Of a stretch of DNA of 64,000 bases, positions 8,453 through 17,576 are shown in pieces (position 1 is the stretch's first letter; each line of letters opens with the position of its first letter). The stretch covers positions 2,560,001-2,624,000 of the forward strand of contig OZ219866.1 in NCBI GenBank assembly GCA_964291675.2, read 5' to 3'. The DNA is from Alphaproteobacteria bacterium (GTDB taxonomy: Bacteria; Pseudomonadota; Alphaproteobacteria; MPNO01). Position numbers and translations under genes: made by a program. The notes beneath the pieces are model-generated. The model worked only from the letters and a program-made list of their open reading frames with translations, was not told the origin of the DNA and ran no database searches.

Positions 8453-10927
8453 ATGAAATTGCAGATTGCCGAAGCTTTTGCCGCCGCGCTCGAGGCGCTC
8501 CCGGAAGCGATACGCGCGCGGCTGGACGGTGGCGAAACGCTCGACTGGGATGCGTTGGAGAGTGCCCGGATTTCCCGGACGCTCGGCGAGGCGGTCCGCG
8601 ACCGCGATCGCCTGCCCGAACCGGTGGAGACGCTGGTGCAACGGCTGGTCCGGGATGTCGGCGTCGTGCCGGAGGATGTCGTCCGCGGCCTGGAGCGCCA
8701 GTGCGCGGCCAGCGCCTGGATCGACTGGGTCTCGGTCGAACCCGAAGGCGAGACCTATCGGATCCGCAACGACCGGAGCGGCGAAGTTCACCTCGGGATC
8801 CCCGCCGAAACGGTCGCCGGCTACGCGATCCTCGCCATGGAGCTGGCGACCGCGGTGCACCGTGCCCGCGAGCGCTGGCTGGATAGCGGGGATCGCTACT
8901 GGGCGGCGCCCGGCGATGCGCTGTGCCCGCTGTCGCGATGCTCGGTTCGGATGAGCGCCGCCCTGCGCAGCCCGCCGGAGTCCGGCCCGGAGCCTACGAC
9001 GAACGACCTGGCCAGGATGCTGGAGACCGCGTGGAACGGCCAGGAGCTCCCGCTGCGCGCCGAGCTGGCGGCCGCTGCCCCGTCGATCGCCGGGCATGCC
9101 GTCCACGCGCCGCGCAGGCGCCGCCTTGCGCCGATGACCGGCTATCGACTGCACGCCTGCGACCCGGAAGAGCTCCTCTGGCTGTGCGCCCTGGCCGAGC
9201 GGGCCGGTTTGGGCGCGCCCGGCGACGATGCGGAGAAACCGCCGCAAGGAGACGTGGGGGCGCCGATCGCCGTTGGCGCGGCCGGGCCGAACGAACCGGC
9301 CGGCGACCTGGAGGCGGCGTCGGAACCGAGGGGGTCGGAGCCCGCCGGCGAGGCGTCGAATTTGCGCGGGAACCGCACCGGCGCCGGGGACGGAGACCCG
9401 GCCGGTGGCGAGCCGGCGAACGAGCCGGACCCGCCGGAGCCGGCAACGGCGAGGGACGCCGACCGCGCGGCGCGACCGGGCGGCGAGGCGTCGAATTGGC
9501 GCGGGAGCCGCACCGGCGCCGGGGACGGAGACCCGGCCGGGGGCGAACCGACGAACGAGCCGGACCCGCCGGAGGTCGCAACGGCGAGGGACACCGACCG
9601 CGCGGCGCGACCGGGCGGCGAGGCGTCGAATTTGCGCGGGAACCGCACCGGCGCCGGGGACGGAGCCCCGGCCGGTGGCGAACCGACGAACGAGCCGGAA
9701 GCGCCGGAGCCGGCAATGGCGAGGGACACCGACCGCGCGGCGCGACCGGGCGACGAGGCGTCGATGTGGCGCGGGAGCCGCGCCGGCGCCGGGGGCGGCG
9801 ACCCGACCGGTGGCGAGCCGGCGAAGGAGCCGGACCCGCCGGAGCCGGCAACGGCGAGGGACACCGACCGCGCGGCGCGACCGGGCGGCGAGGCGTCGAT
9901 GTGGCGCGCGAACCGCGCCGGCGCTCGGGACGGAGACCCGGCCGGGAGCGAACCGACGAACGAGCCGGAGGCGCCGAAATTCGGAAGCCCGGGCGAGACC
10001 GATCGCATGGCGAGATCGGAGGACGAGGCGGTTCTCCTCGACATGCAGGCATTGGAAGAGCGGATCGGAGCGGAGACGGACCGCAGGCTGCAGCTCGGCA
10101 CCGGCCCCGGCGAGATCGTCCTCGCCCGGCAATTCGACGAGCTCGAGAGCGCCGCGAGCCGGCTGCCCGGGCCGGTCAGGCAGCGCATGACGGCGTGCTA
10201 CGGTCTCAACGCGATGCAGGCGCTGATCCGGCTGCAGGACCCGCATGAGTGCGCCGCCCTCAGGGCCGAGGTGGAAGCTGCCGATGCAGGGGGCCGCGCG
10301 CCGCGCTGGCTGGAGGAGCTCGCCGCCACCCTGCTGATCGACGCCGGTGCCGAGACACGGGACGGCAGGCGCACGGCCGGGCTGCGCCTCGACGCGACGG
10401 AAGAGCCCGACGCCCGCTACCTGGTCACCGAAATGGGAACCGGCGCCCAGGGCAGCTTCTCGCTGGCCGGCCTTATGGAGCAGGTGCATCTCAACCTGGC
10501 GTTCGCGCGGATCGCGTGGAAGGCGCTGACGGTGCTCCGCAATGCCGGAAAGGAGGGCGGCTGGGCCTTGCTCGAAGGGACGAACCGGAACGTCGAATTC
10601 CCCTCCCAGGAGGGCGAGACGCTGGAAGCGGCGCAACAAATCGGAGTCGTGCTGGACCGTTTCCTCGACGCGCGGTCCGATCCCGGCGGATCGCCGAGCA
10701 GCCTGCAGCAGGCCGCGATGGCGGCGGATGCATTGGCGGAGGTCGGTCCCACCATGCGCGCCGCCGCCGGCTGGCCGGGCCCGCCCCCCGATTCGGGGCT
10801 CCCCGGAGATGTCGCGGCGATGGTCGACATGGCGGAAGCGCTGCAAGGAAACGTCCGGGCGATCTCCAACCGTCTGATCGCCGGGCGGATGGCCGGGTTC
10901 AAGGAAGGCCGGGAAATTCAGGCCTAG
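8453..10927 (+). CDS. Hypothetical 824-aa protein with central 45-aa tandem repeats
   Basis: AAGGGAG RBS directly before ATG; long open frame with natural composition; no recognisable family. Confidence 0.75.
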   Translation: MKLQIAEAFAAALEALPEAIRARLDGGETLDWDALESARISRTLGEAVRDRDRLPEPVETLVQRLVRDVGVVPEDVVRGLERQCAASAWIDWVSVEPEGETYRIRNDRSGEVHLGIPAETVAGYAILAMELATAVHRARERWLDSGDRYWAAPGDALCPLSRCSVRMSAALRSPPESGPEPTTNDLARMLETAWNGQELPLRAELAAAAPSIAGHAVHAPRRRRLAPMTGYRLHACDPEELLWLCALAERAGLGAPGDDAEKPPQGDVGAPIAVGAAGPNEPAGDLEAASEPRGSEPAGEASNLRGNRTGAGDGDPAGGEPANEPDPPEPATARDADRAARPGGEASNWRGSRTGAGDGDPAGGEPTNEPDPPEVATARDTDRAARPGGEASNLRGNRTGAGDGAPAGGEPTNEPEAPEPAMARDTDRAARPGDEASMWRGSRAGAGGGDPTGGEPAKEPDPPEPATARDTDRAARPGGEASMWRANRAGARDGDPAGSEPTNEPEAPKFGSPGETDRMARSEDEAVLLDMQALEERIGAETDRRLQLGTGPGEIVLARQFDELESAASRLPGPVRQRMTACYGLNAMQALIRLQDPHECAALRAEVEAADAGGRAPRWLEELAATLLIDAGAETRDGRRTAGLRLDATEEPDARYLVTEMGTGAQGSFSLAGLMEQVHLNLAFARIAWKALTVLRNAGKEGGWALLEGTNRNVEFPSQEGETLEAAQQIGVVLDRFLDARSDPGGSPSSLQQAAMAADALAEVGPTMRAAAGWPGPPPDSGLPGDVAAMVDMAEALQGNVRAISNRLIAGRMAGFKEGREIQA
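9347..9975 (+). repeat. Intragenic tandem repeat, 135-bp unit, about 4.6 copies
   Basis: GGCGAGGCGTCGAA-like unit starts near 9347, 9482, 9617, 9752, 9887; peptide unit GGEASNLRGNRTGAGDGDPAGGEPANEPDPPEPATARDADRAARP. Confidence 0.93.
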
Positions 10928-11029
10928 CCCGGATTTCCCGCCGCCACCGCGGCCTGTGCGGCAGATTCGCCCTGCCGCCGCGCGTGGGGTCGGAACCGTG
11001 CACACCGAGCTCGAACCGCGCGTTCGATG

Positions 11030-11100
11030 CCATAATCAAATTACACTATGTCGATTCGATATGACTACGCTAAAATCGGGGCCGTGCCGCATATTTTCCC
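11030..11100 (+). promoter_or_regulatory. AT-rich intergenic patch, probable promoter of the TPR-SPOR gene
   Basis: CATAATCAAATTACACTATG...TAAAAT in a GC-rich background; short ATCGGGG/CCCCGAT inverted pair. Confidence 0.4.
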
Positions 11101-11122
11101 CGATACGCGCTCAGGATAGGCG

Positions 11123-12280
11123 GTGAACCCGTTGCCGAGTTCCTCTTCCCCTCGCCCGCGAGCAGGCCGCATGAGGCGGGCCCTGGCCGCGTGCTGGGTG
11201 TCGGCGGCGGTCGTCTGGCCCGGCGCGGCGCCCGCCGCGGACGGGGTCGACGAGGTATTGGCGCTGGTCCAGCAGGAGCGCTACGCGGAAGCGCGCGAGA
11301 TGATCGACCCGCTGCTCCGGCGCGACCCCGACCAACCGCGCGTGCGGCTGATCGACGGTATCCTGACGGCGCGGGAGGGACATCCCACGGAGTCGATCGC
11401 CATATTCGAGCGACTCCGCGACGACCACCCCGACATGTTCGAGCCGTACAACAACCTTGCGGTGCTGTACGCCCAGCAGGACCGGCTCGATGACGCGCTC
11501 GGGGCCCTGCTGGCCGCGTCGGAACGCAAGCCCGACGCCGTCGTCTACGCCAATCTCGGCGATATCTACACGCGTCTCGCGCGACGCGCCTACGAGCGCG
11601 CCCGCGATGTCCGCACCCGCGGCGGCGACGCTGCGGAACCGTCCGGACCCAGCGCTTCGATTCCGCTGCCCGCGGCGAAGCCGGTCGAGCCCGCTCCCGA
11701 ACCCGGACCGGCGGCGGAATCGGCGGACGGGCCCGCGCCCGAAGCGGAGACCGGGCCGGCGCGGGCGATCGTGGCGACGGGGTCCGAGCCCGTTTCCGAC
11801 GACGCGTTGAGCGGAGAATGCGTGCGCGCCGGAAGCTTCAAGGACCGGCGCTCGGCGACCGAAGCCGCTTCGTGGATGCAGAACGAGGGCGCCGAGATCA
11901 TCGACATCGTGCACGAAAACCGGCGGGACGGCAGCAGGCACTGGGTCCACCTGGCCCCGGCGGCGAGCCGCGATGCGGCCCGCAGGACGGTCCGCGAGCT
12001 TCGCGGCAAGGGCGTCCGGGATGTCGCGATCCTGCGCCGGGACTCCCGGCGCAACGTGGTTTCCCTCGGGGTCTACGGCAACAAGGGCAACGCGAACCGC
12101 CGGGTCGCCCAGATCGAGAAGCTGGGCTACGAGGTCGAGATCACGGCTTCCGGCAAGACCTCCGGCGAGTATGTCGTGCGGGCGCGCGTCGGCACCGCCC
12201 GGCCGGCCTTCGACGGCGCCTGGAAGGCGCGCTTCGCCGGATACTCCATCCGCTACGTCGACTGCCCCGCGCTCAACTGA
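11123..12280 (+). CDS. Exported TPR-repeat protein with C-terminal SPOR-like domain
   Basis: Signal peptide; EPYNNLAVLYAQ and VYANLGDIY TPR motifs; Pro/Ala linker; VSLGVYGNKGNANRRVAQI; true start may be the ATG at 11171. Confidence 0.75.
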   Translation: MNPLPSSSSPRPRAGRMRRALAACWVSAAVVWPGAAPAADGVDEVLALVQQERYAEAREMIDPLLRRDPDQPRVRLIDGILTAREGHPTESIAIFERLRDDHPDMFEPYNNLAVLYAQQDRLDDALGALLAASERKPDAVVYANLGDIYTRLARRAYERARDVRTRGGDAAEPSGPSASIPLPAAKPVEPAPEPGPAAESADGPAPEAETGPARAIVATGSEPVSDDALSGECVRAGSFKDRRSATEAASWMQNEGAEIIDIVHENRRDGSRHWVHLAPAASRDAARRTVRELRGKGVRDVAILRRDSRRNVVSLGVYGNKGNANRRVAQIEKLGYEVEITASGKTSGEYVVRARVGTARPAFDGAWKARFAGYSIRYVDCPALN

Positions 12281-12366
12281 GACCGGGCTGGGGGATTTAC
12301 CGCGGCGGGGCGGCGCGCTATGAGACGCGCCGGGACCGAGCGCACACCGTCACGGAGGACGACGCC

Positions 12367-13236
12367 ATGACCGCAGCCTACGAACCGCCACGGGTCTGGA
12401 CATGGGAACGCGAGAACGGCGGCACCTTCGCCTCCATCAACCGCCCGGTCTCCGGCGCGACGCACGAGACGGCGCTGCCGCGCGGCGCCCACACGCTGCA
12501 GCTCTATTCGCTGGCGACGCCCAACGGCGTGAAGGTGACCGTGATGCTGGAGGAGCTGCTGGCCGCCGGGCATGCGGGCGCGGAGTACGACGCCTGGGTG
12601 GTCAACATCCGCGAGGGCGACCAGTTCGGCTCCGGGTTCGTCGCGGTCAACCCCAACTCCAAGATTCCGGCGCTGGTGGATCATTCGACGCCCGAGCCGA
12701 CCCGGGTCTTCGAATCGGGCGCGATCCTGCTCTATCTGGCCGAGAAATTCGGCGCCTTCCTGCCGGAGCGGGCGGGCGAACGCGCCGAGTGCCTGTCATG
12801 GCTGTTCTGGCAGATGGGCTCCGCCCCCTATCTCGGCGGCGGTTTCGGGCATTTCTACGCCTACGCCCCCTACAAGATGGAGTACCCGATCGACCGCTTC
12901 ACCATGGAGGTGAAGCGCCAGCTCGACGTGCTCGACAAGCGGCTGGGCGAGACGCCCTATGTCGCGGGCGATGCCTACACCATCGCCGACATGGCGATCT
13001 GGCCGTGGTACGGCGTGCTGACCACCGGCAGGCTCTACGACGCGGCCGAGTTCCTGGCGGCGGAGGACTACGCCAACGTGGTGCGCTGGTACCGCGAGAT
13101 CGCCGCCCGCGAGCCGGTGATCCGCGGGCGCAAGGTCAACCGGATCAGCGGCCCGCCGGAGGACCAGCTGCACGAGCGCCACGACGCGTCGGATTTCGAG
13201 CTCAGGACGCAGGACAAGCTGGAAGCGGCGGAGTAG
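12367..13236 (+). CDS. yghU: Glutathione-dependent disulfide-bond oxidoreductase YghU (GST family)
   Basis: YEPPRVWTW, LYSLATPNGVKV, NPNSKIPAL, FESGAIL, WQMGSAPYLGGGFGHFY, QLHERHDASDF. Confidence 0.93.
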   Translation: MTAAYEPPRVWTWERENGGTFASINRPVSGATHETALPRGAHTLQLYSLATPNGVKVTVMLEELLAAGHAGAEYDAWVVNIREGDQFGSGFVAVNPNSKIPALVDHSTPEPTRVFESGAILLYLAEKFGAFLPERAGERAECLSWLFWQMGSAPYLGGGFGHFYAYAPYKMEYPIDRFTMEVKRQLDVLDKRLGETPYVAGDAYTIADMAIWPWYGVLTTGRLYDAAEFLAAEDYANVVRWYREIAAREPVIRGRKVNRISGPPEDQLHERHDASDFELRTQDKLEAAE

Positions 13237-13241
13237 GGGGC

Positions 13242-14153
13242 TCAGCGCGCCCGCAGCACCGCGTGGCAGGCGCGCGGCAGATCGGCCAGCATCAGCGGCG
13301 GCCGCCGCTTCTTCGGGTCCCGCGGCGCCGGGTAGAGCGCCTCGCGGCTGAACCACCAGGCGAGCGTCTTGTCGCAGCCCGCGCCGGGCCGTATCGGCGT
13401 CTGCGCGACGCAGCGCTCCCCCTTCGGGCAATGCAGGCGGACGTGGAAATGGGTGTCGTGGCCCCACCACGGCCGGACTTTGCGCAGCCAGCGTGCATCC
13501 CCCTCGCGCCGCGCCTCGCACAGGCGGCGCTTGATCGCGGCGTTGACGAAGATGCGCGCGACCGCCCCGTCCCGCGCGGCGGCCTCCAGCACCCTGGAAT
13601 GCGAGTCGGTCCAGCGCCCGTTCACCCCGAGCCGGTTGCGCGCCACCACCGAGTGGGACGAGATCCGCTCGCGCCGGGCCCGGCTCAGCCTCAGGCTGTC
13701 CGGCCGGCGCAGCCAGATATCGACGTCGAGCCCGATCTGGTGCGAGGCATGGCCGGTGAGCATCGGGCCGCCCCGGGGCTGGCTGATGTCGCCGACATAG
13801 AGCCCGGCCCAGCCCGCCGCCTGCGCCTTGCGGGCCAGGCGCTCGATAAAGGCGATCATGTCCGGATGGCCCCAGCTGCGGTTGCGCGACAGCCGCATCG
13901 CCTGCCAGCCCGGCCCGGTCTCCGGCAGCCGCACCCCGCCCGCCAGGCAGCCCGCCGCATAGCGCCCGTGCGCGGCGGCGGCGCCGGGGGCCGGCTTCTT
14001 CGCACCGCCGAAGGCGAATTTGGCGATCTGCGCCGCCGCCCCGCCGGCGTCGAACAGGAGCGCGAGGCAGGCGGCGACGGCGAGTGTCCAGCCCGGGCGA
14101 AGCGCGGGCGAGGGGGCTCTCGAAGGGAGGAATCGGGACTTCGACACGTGCAC
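13242..14153 (-). CDS. mepA: Penicillin-insensitive murein endopeptidase
   Basis: GRYAAGCL, MRLSRNRSWGHP, GDISQPRGGPM, HASHQIGLDVDIW, RPWWGHDTHFHVRL. Confidence 0.93.
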   Translation of the reverse strand: MHVSKSRFLPSRAPSPALRPGWTLAVAACLALLFDAGGAAAQIAKFAFGGAKKPAPGAAAAHGRYAAGCLAGGVRLPETGPGWQAMRLSRNRSWGHPDMIAFIERLARKAQAAGWAGLYVGDISQPRGGPMLTGHASHQIGLDVDIWLRRPDSLRLSRARRERISSHSVVARNRLGVNGRWTDSHSRVLEAAARDGAVARIFVNAAIKRRLCEARREGDARWLRKVRPWWGHDTHFHVRLHCPKGERCVAQTPIRPGAGCDKTLAWWFSREALYPAPRDPKKRRPPLMLADLPRACHAVLRAR

Positions 14154-14196
14154 CGGCCGAGCTATGCGGCCCTCCGTGTTCCGATCCGCCCCGCGC

Positions 14197-14322
14197 TCAG
14201 CCGCTGCGGACGGCCGGGCCGGAGGTGACGGCCTGGGTCGAGAAGCCGATCAGGTCGAGCAGGATATCCGCGCCGACGGCGATCACCGCCATGGCCAGGA
14301 ACGCGAGCAGCATGGCTCTCAT
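14197..14322 (-). CDS. 41-aa small hydrophobic protein
   Basis: ATG overlaps the upstream stop with GGAGA RBS; MRAMLLAFLAMAVIAVGADILLDLIGFS. Confidence 0.65.
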   Translation of the reverse strand: MRAMLLAFLAMAVIAVGADILLDLIGFSTQAVTSGPAVRSG

Positions 14323-15626
14323 CGAGTTTTCTCCCGATCCGTGGTCGCGCGCTTGAGGAAGACGATCAGGTCGTCCCGGTCGGCCGGTTTCACGATGCGC
14401 TGCATCGGCATCTTCGAGCCCGGAATATAGTGGTCCGGGCCCAGGTCGAACAGCGCGTCGATGGTGCGTTCGTTCCACACGATGTCCGAGGTGCTGAGCG
14501 TCCGCGAGTATTTGTATCCCGCCAGCGCGCCGGCGCGGCGTCCGAATATGCCGAACAGGGTCGGCCCGGCGCGGCGCCGCCCGTCCGGCCCGAGCGCGTG
14601 GCAGATCGAGCACTTGCGCTGGAACTGGCGCTCCCCGTTGCTCATCGTCGCCGGCTTCTTCAGGAAGGTCCGTTCCTCCCGGGTCATCTTCGCGTGCCGG
14701 CCGAGCGAGTCGACGGGCCAGCTATACATCGCGTCGTCCAGCCCGCCGGCGTGGATGTTCCTGCCGTCCGCCGAGAAGGTGAGCGCCCAGACCGGCCCGC
14801 GCAGCGTGGCGCGGAAGTTGCGCCGCACCGACCAGGACCGGACGTCGATCACCTTGATGAAGCCGTCGCCGTCGCCCACCGCGAGCGTGGCGAAGTCGCG
14901 GTCGGCCGCCATCGCGAGGATCGGGCTGCGGCCGGAGGTGAAGTCGGCGATCCGGTTGCCGGTCTCCGCGTCGACCACGCGGATGGTCCCGTCGAGCGAT
15001 CCGTAGGCGAGCCAGGTCTCCGCGTCGTTCAGCACCAGGGTGTTGACGCCGAAGCCGTGGCGCAGGAAGAACCGCTTGCGCGTCCCGCGCGCCGGATCCC
15101 AGGTGCGGATCGTGCCGTCCGCCGAGCCCGAATAGAGCGTCTTCCCGTCGGCCGTGAAGGCGATGTCGCTGACATTGGAGCGGTGGCCCTTGAGGAATAG
15201 CGGCTTGCCGCCGTCGAGCGGCCACAGCCCGATCGAGCCGTCCCAGCTCGCCGCCGCCACCGTGCTCCCGTCCGGCGACAGCTGCAGCGCGTTGACCTTG
15301 TTCTGGTGGCCGCCGAGCCGCCGTCCCTCGCCGGTGCGGAGATCCCACAGATAGAGCTGGAAGTCGTCGCCCGCGGAGACCGCCCGGTCGCCGCCGACGA
15401 ACCTGACCGCGTTGACCGCCGCGCGGTGCGCCTCCAGCCAGACCGGGGTCTTGCCGCGCCACAGCCCGACCGAGAAGTCGAAGCTCGCGGTCAGGATGCG
15501 GCTCCCGTCCGGCGAGACGTCGATCCCCTTGATCGGGCCGCCGTGACCCTTGAGCGTGAAGAAGTCCCCCGCCGCGGCGACCGACGGGATCAGGACCAGC
15601 GCCGCGACTAGCGCCCGGAACGCCAT
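14319..15626 (-). CDS. Exported WD40 beta-propeller fused to class I cytochrome c
   Basis: Signal peptide; repeated GH..., SPDG and WD motifs; C-terminal CSICH, GPTLFGIFGRRAG, IPGSKM. Confidence 0.9.
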   Translation of the reverse strand: MAFRALVAALVLIPSVAAAGDFFTLKGHGGPIKGIDVSPDGSRILTASFDFSVGLWRGKTPVWLEAHRAAVNAVRFVGGDRAVSAGDDFQLYLWDLRTGEGRRLGGHQNKVNALQLSPDGSTVAAASWDGSIGLWPLDGGKPLFLKGHRSNVSDIAFTADGKTLYSGSADGTIRTWDPARGTRKRFFLRHGFGVNTLVLNDAETWLAYGSLDGTIRVVDAETGNRIADFTSGRSPILAMAADRDFATLAVGDGDGFIKVIDVRSWSVRRNFRATLRGPVWALTFSADGRNIHAGGLDDAMYSWPVDSLGRHAKMTREERTFLKKPATMSNGERQFQRKCSICHALGPDGRRRAGPTLFGIFGRRAGALAGYKYSRTLSTSDIVWNERTIDALFDLGPDHYIPGSKMPMQRIVKPADRDDLIVFLKRATTDREKTR

Positions 15627-15627
15627 C

Positions 15628-16863
15628 TCACTCGGCGGGCGTGGCCGGAGCTTCCCGGGAGGCGGCTTCCTGCTCCTCGGCGACCACCTCCTCGTACCAC
15701 AGCGAGTGGTGCTCCTTGGCCCATTGCCTGTCGACCTCGCCCGATTCCATCGACTCGAACGCGCCTTCCATGCCGACCGAGCCGAGATAGATATGCGCGA
15801 TGATGATCGCCATGAAGACGAAGGCGACGATGGTGTGCCAAAGCTGGGCGTATTGCATCTCCTCGTGCGGCGTCATCTCGGTGGCCAGCTCGCCCATGCC
15901 GAAGAGCTGCGGCAGGCCGAGCGCGTTCAGGATCTCGAAGGTCTTGGCGAACATCGGCATCTCGAACGGGAACAAGAGCGACAGCCCGGATGCCGAGATC
16001 GAGATGCCGAGGACGATGACGACCCAGAAGACGATCTTCTGCCCGGCGTTGAACTTGCGCGCCGGCGGGTGCACGTGCTTGGAGAACAGCCCGCCGCCCT
16101 TGGCGAGCCAGATCAGATCCGCCCGGTTGGGCACGTTGTGCACCACCCAGCAGACGAACACCATGACCAGCGCCACGATGAAGGCCCAGGCGACGTTGTT
16201 GTGGATCCACTTCGACGCCAGCGCGATCGCCGAGAAGAAGTCCTTGCCGAACACCGGGATCAGCGCGAACCGCCCGAACAGCGTGATCAGCCCGCTGAGC
16301 CCGAGCAGGATGAAGGAGCCGGCGAGCAGCCAGTGGCTGAACCGCTCGATGGCGCTGAAGCGGAGGATCGTCCGGCCGGTCTTCTCGCCCTCGATGCGGA
16401 TCGGGCCGCGGATCGAGAGATAGACCAGGACCGCCACGATCATCGCCAGCAGCAGCCATCCGCCCCATACCAGCAGCGGACCCTTGCGGAGCTCCAGCCA
16501 CCAAATGCCGGAGTCCTGGATGATGATGTCCATCGCGGGGCCCCGCGCGGACACGGTGACGTCGGCGCTGCCGTAGCGCAGCGCGCGGAACACCTCGGAG
16601 TCCGACGCGCCGCCGAGCGTGCCGAGCTGGGCGGCGATCCCGGCCGCCTTGGCGGGGTCGCCGACCGCATCGCGGCGGAACGCGTCGTCGAGCTTCTCGC
16701 CGCGCTGCCGGGCGAGGATGTCCTCAAGGGTCTGGGCGCCGCCGGTCGAGGCGCGCGGCGCCTGCTCCTTCGGCGCGCCGCCCTGCTGCGCGGCGGCGGG
16801 CGACCACGCCAGCGGCGTCGCCGCCAGCGTCAGGATCAGCAGCCTGCAAAACGTCTTGATCAT
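15628..16863 (-). CDS. Formate dehydrogenase gamma (cytochrome b) subunit with N-terminal periplasmic extension
   Basis: ATG at 16863 with GAGG RBS; RFSAIERFSHW, KFNAGQK, AHIYLGSVGMEGA, WAKEHHSLW. Confidence 0.93.
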   Translation of the reverse strand: MIKTFCRLLILTLAATPLAWSPAAAQQGGAPKEQAPRASTGGAQTLEDILARQRGEKLDDAFRRDAVGDPAKAAGIAAQLGTLGGASDSEVFRALRYGSADVTVSARGPAMDIIIQDSGIWWLELRKGPLLVWGGWLLLAMIVAVLVYLSIRGPIRIEGEKTGRTILRFSAIERFSHWLLAGSFILLGLSGLITLFGRFALIPVFGKDFFSAIALASKWIHNNVAWAFIVALVMVFVCWVVHNVPNRADLIWLAKGGGLFSKHVHPPARKFNAGQKIVFWVVIVLGISISASGLSLLFPFEMPMFAKTFEILNALGLPQLFGMGELATEMTPHEEMQYAQLWHTIVAFVFMAIIIAHIYLGSVGMEGAFESMESGEVDRQWAKEHHSLWYEEVVAEEQEAASREAPATPAE

Positions 16864-16969
16864 GGATAAGCACCTCGCACGCAACCAGATGGCACGCGGG
16901 CGGGCTCGCGCCCGCCCGATCAAGCCGTTCGCCGCGGGGGGCGGTCTCCCGCCCCCCGCAGGATACGGA

Positions 16970-17563
16970 TCAGCTGCCCTTCTGGCCGTAGGCGGTGCCC
17001 CAGCCCCAGGCGCCGGTGCCGAAGCCCCGGGCCACCACGCGTTCGCGGTAGATGCCGGACACGACATCCCCGTCGCCCGCGAGCAGCGCCTTGGTGGCGC
17101 ACATCTCGGCGCAGAGCGGCAGCTTGCCTTCCGCGATCCGGTTGCGCCCGTACTTGGCGAACTCGGCCGTCGAGTGGGTCTCCTCCGGGCCGCCGGCGCA
17201 GAACGTGCACTTGTCCATCTTGCCGCGGGACCCGAAATTGCCCGCCTGGGGGAACTGCGGCGCGCCGAACGGGCACGCATAGAAGCAGTAGCCGCAGCCG
17301 ATACAGAGGTCCTTGGAGTGCAGGACCACCCCGTCGTCGGTCTGGTAGAAGCAGTCCACCGGGCAGACCGCCATGCACGGCGCATCCGAGCAGTGCATGC
17401 AGGCCACCGAGATCGACCGCTCGCCCGGCTTGCCGTCATTGATCGTGACGACCCTCCGGCGGTTGATCCCCCACGGCACCTCGTGCTCGTTCTTGCACGC
17501 GGTCACGCAGGCATTGCACTCGATGCAGCGCTCGGCGTCGCAGAGAAATTTTGCTCTTGCCAT
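16970..17563 (-). CDS. fdh3B: Formate dehydrogenase Fe-S beta subunit (FDH3 type)
   Basis: CIECNAC, CMHCSDAPC, CIGCGYC, KCTFC 4Fe-4S motifs. Confidence 0.95.
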   Translation of the reverse strand: MARAKFLCDAERCIECNACVTACKNEHEVPWGINRRRVVTINDGKPGERSISVACMHCSDAPCMAVCPVDCFYQTDDGVVLHSKDLCIGCGYCFYACPFGAPQFPQAGNFGSRGKMDKCTFCAGGPEETHSTAEFAKYGRNRIAEGKLPLCAEMCATKALLAGDGDVVSGIYRERVVARGFGTGAWGWGTAYGQKGS

Positions 17564-17576
17564 CTCTGTTCCCTCC

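Noticed and set aside
9347-9975. 135-bp repeats as a non-coding array
   Set aside because: The unit is a multiple of 3, in frame within an 824-aa ORF, and has no unique spacers
7733-11005. Very long alternative ORFs (1090 aa here, 1110 aa at 17373-20705, 994 aa at 34430-37414, 1017 aa at 45073-48126 and others)
   Set aside because: Arg/Gly/Pro-rich shadow frames overlapping well-supported genes, expected in high-GC DNA
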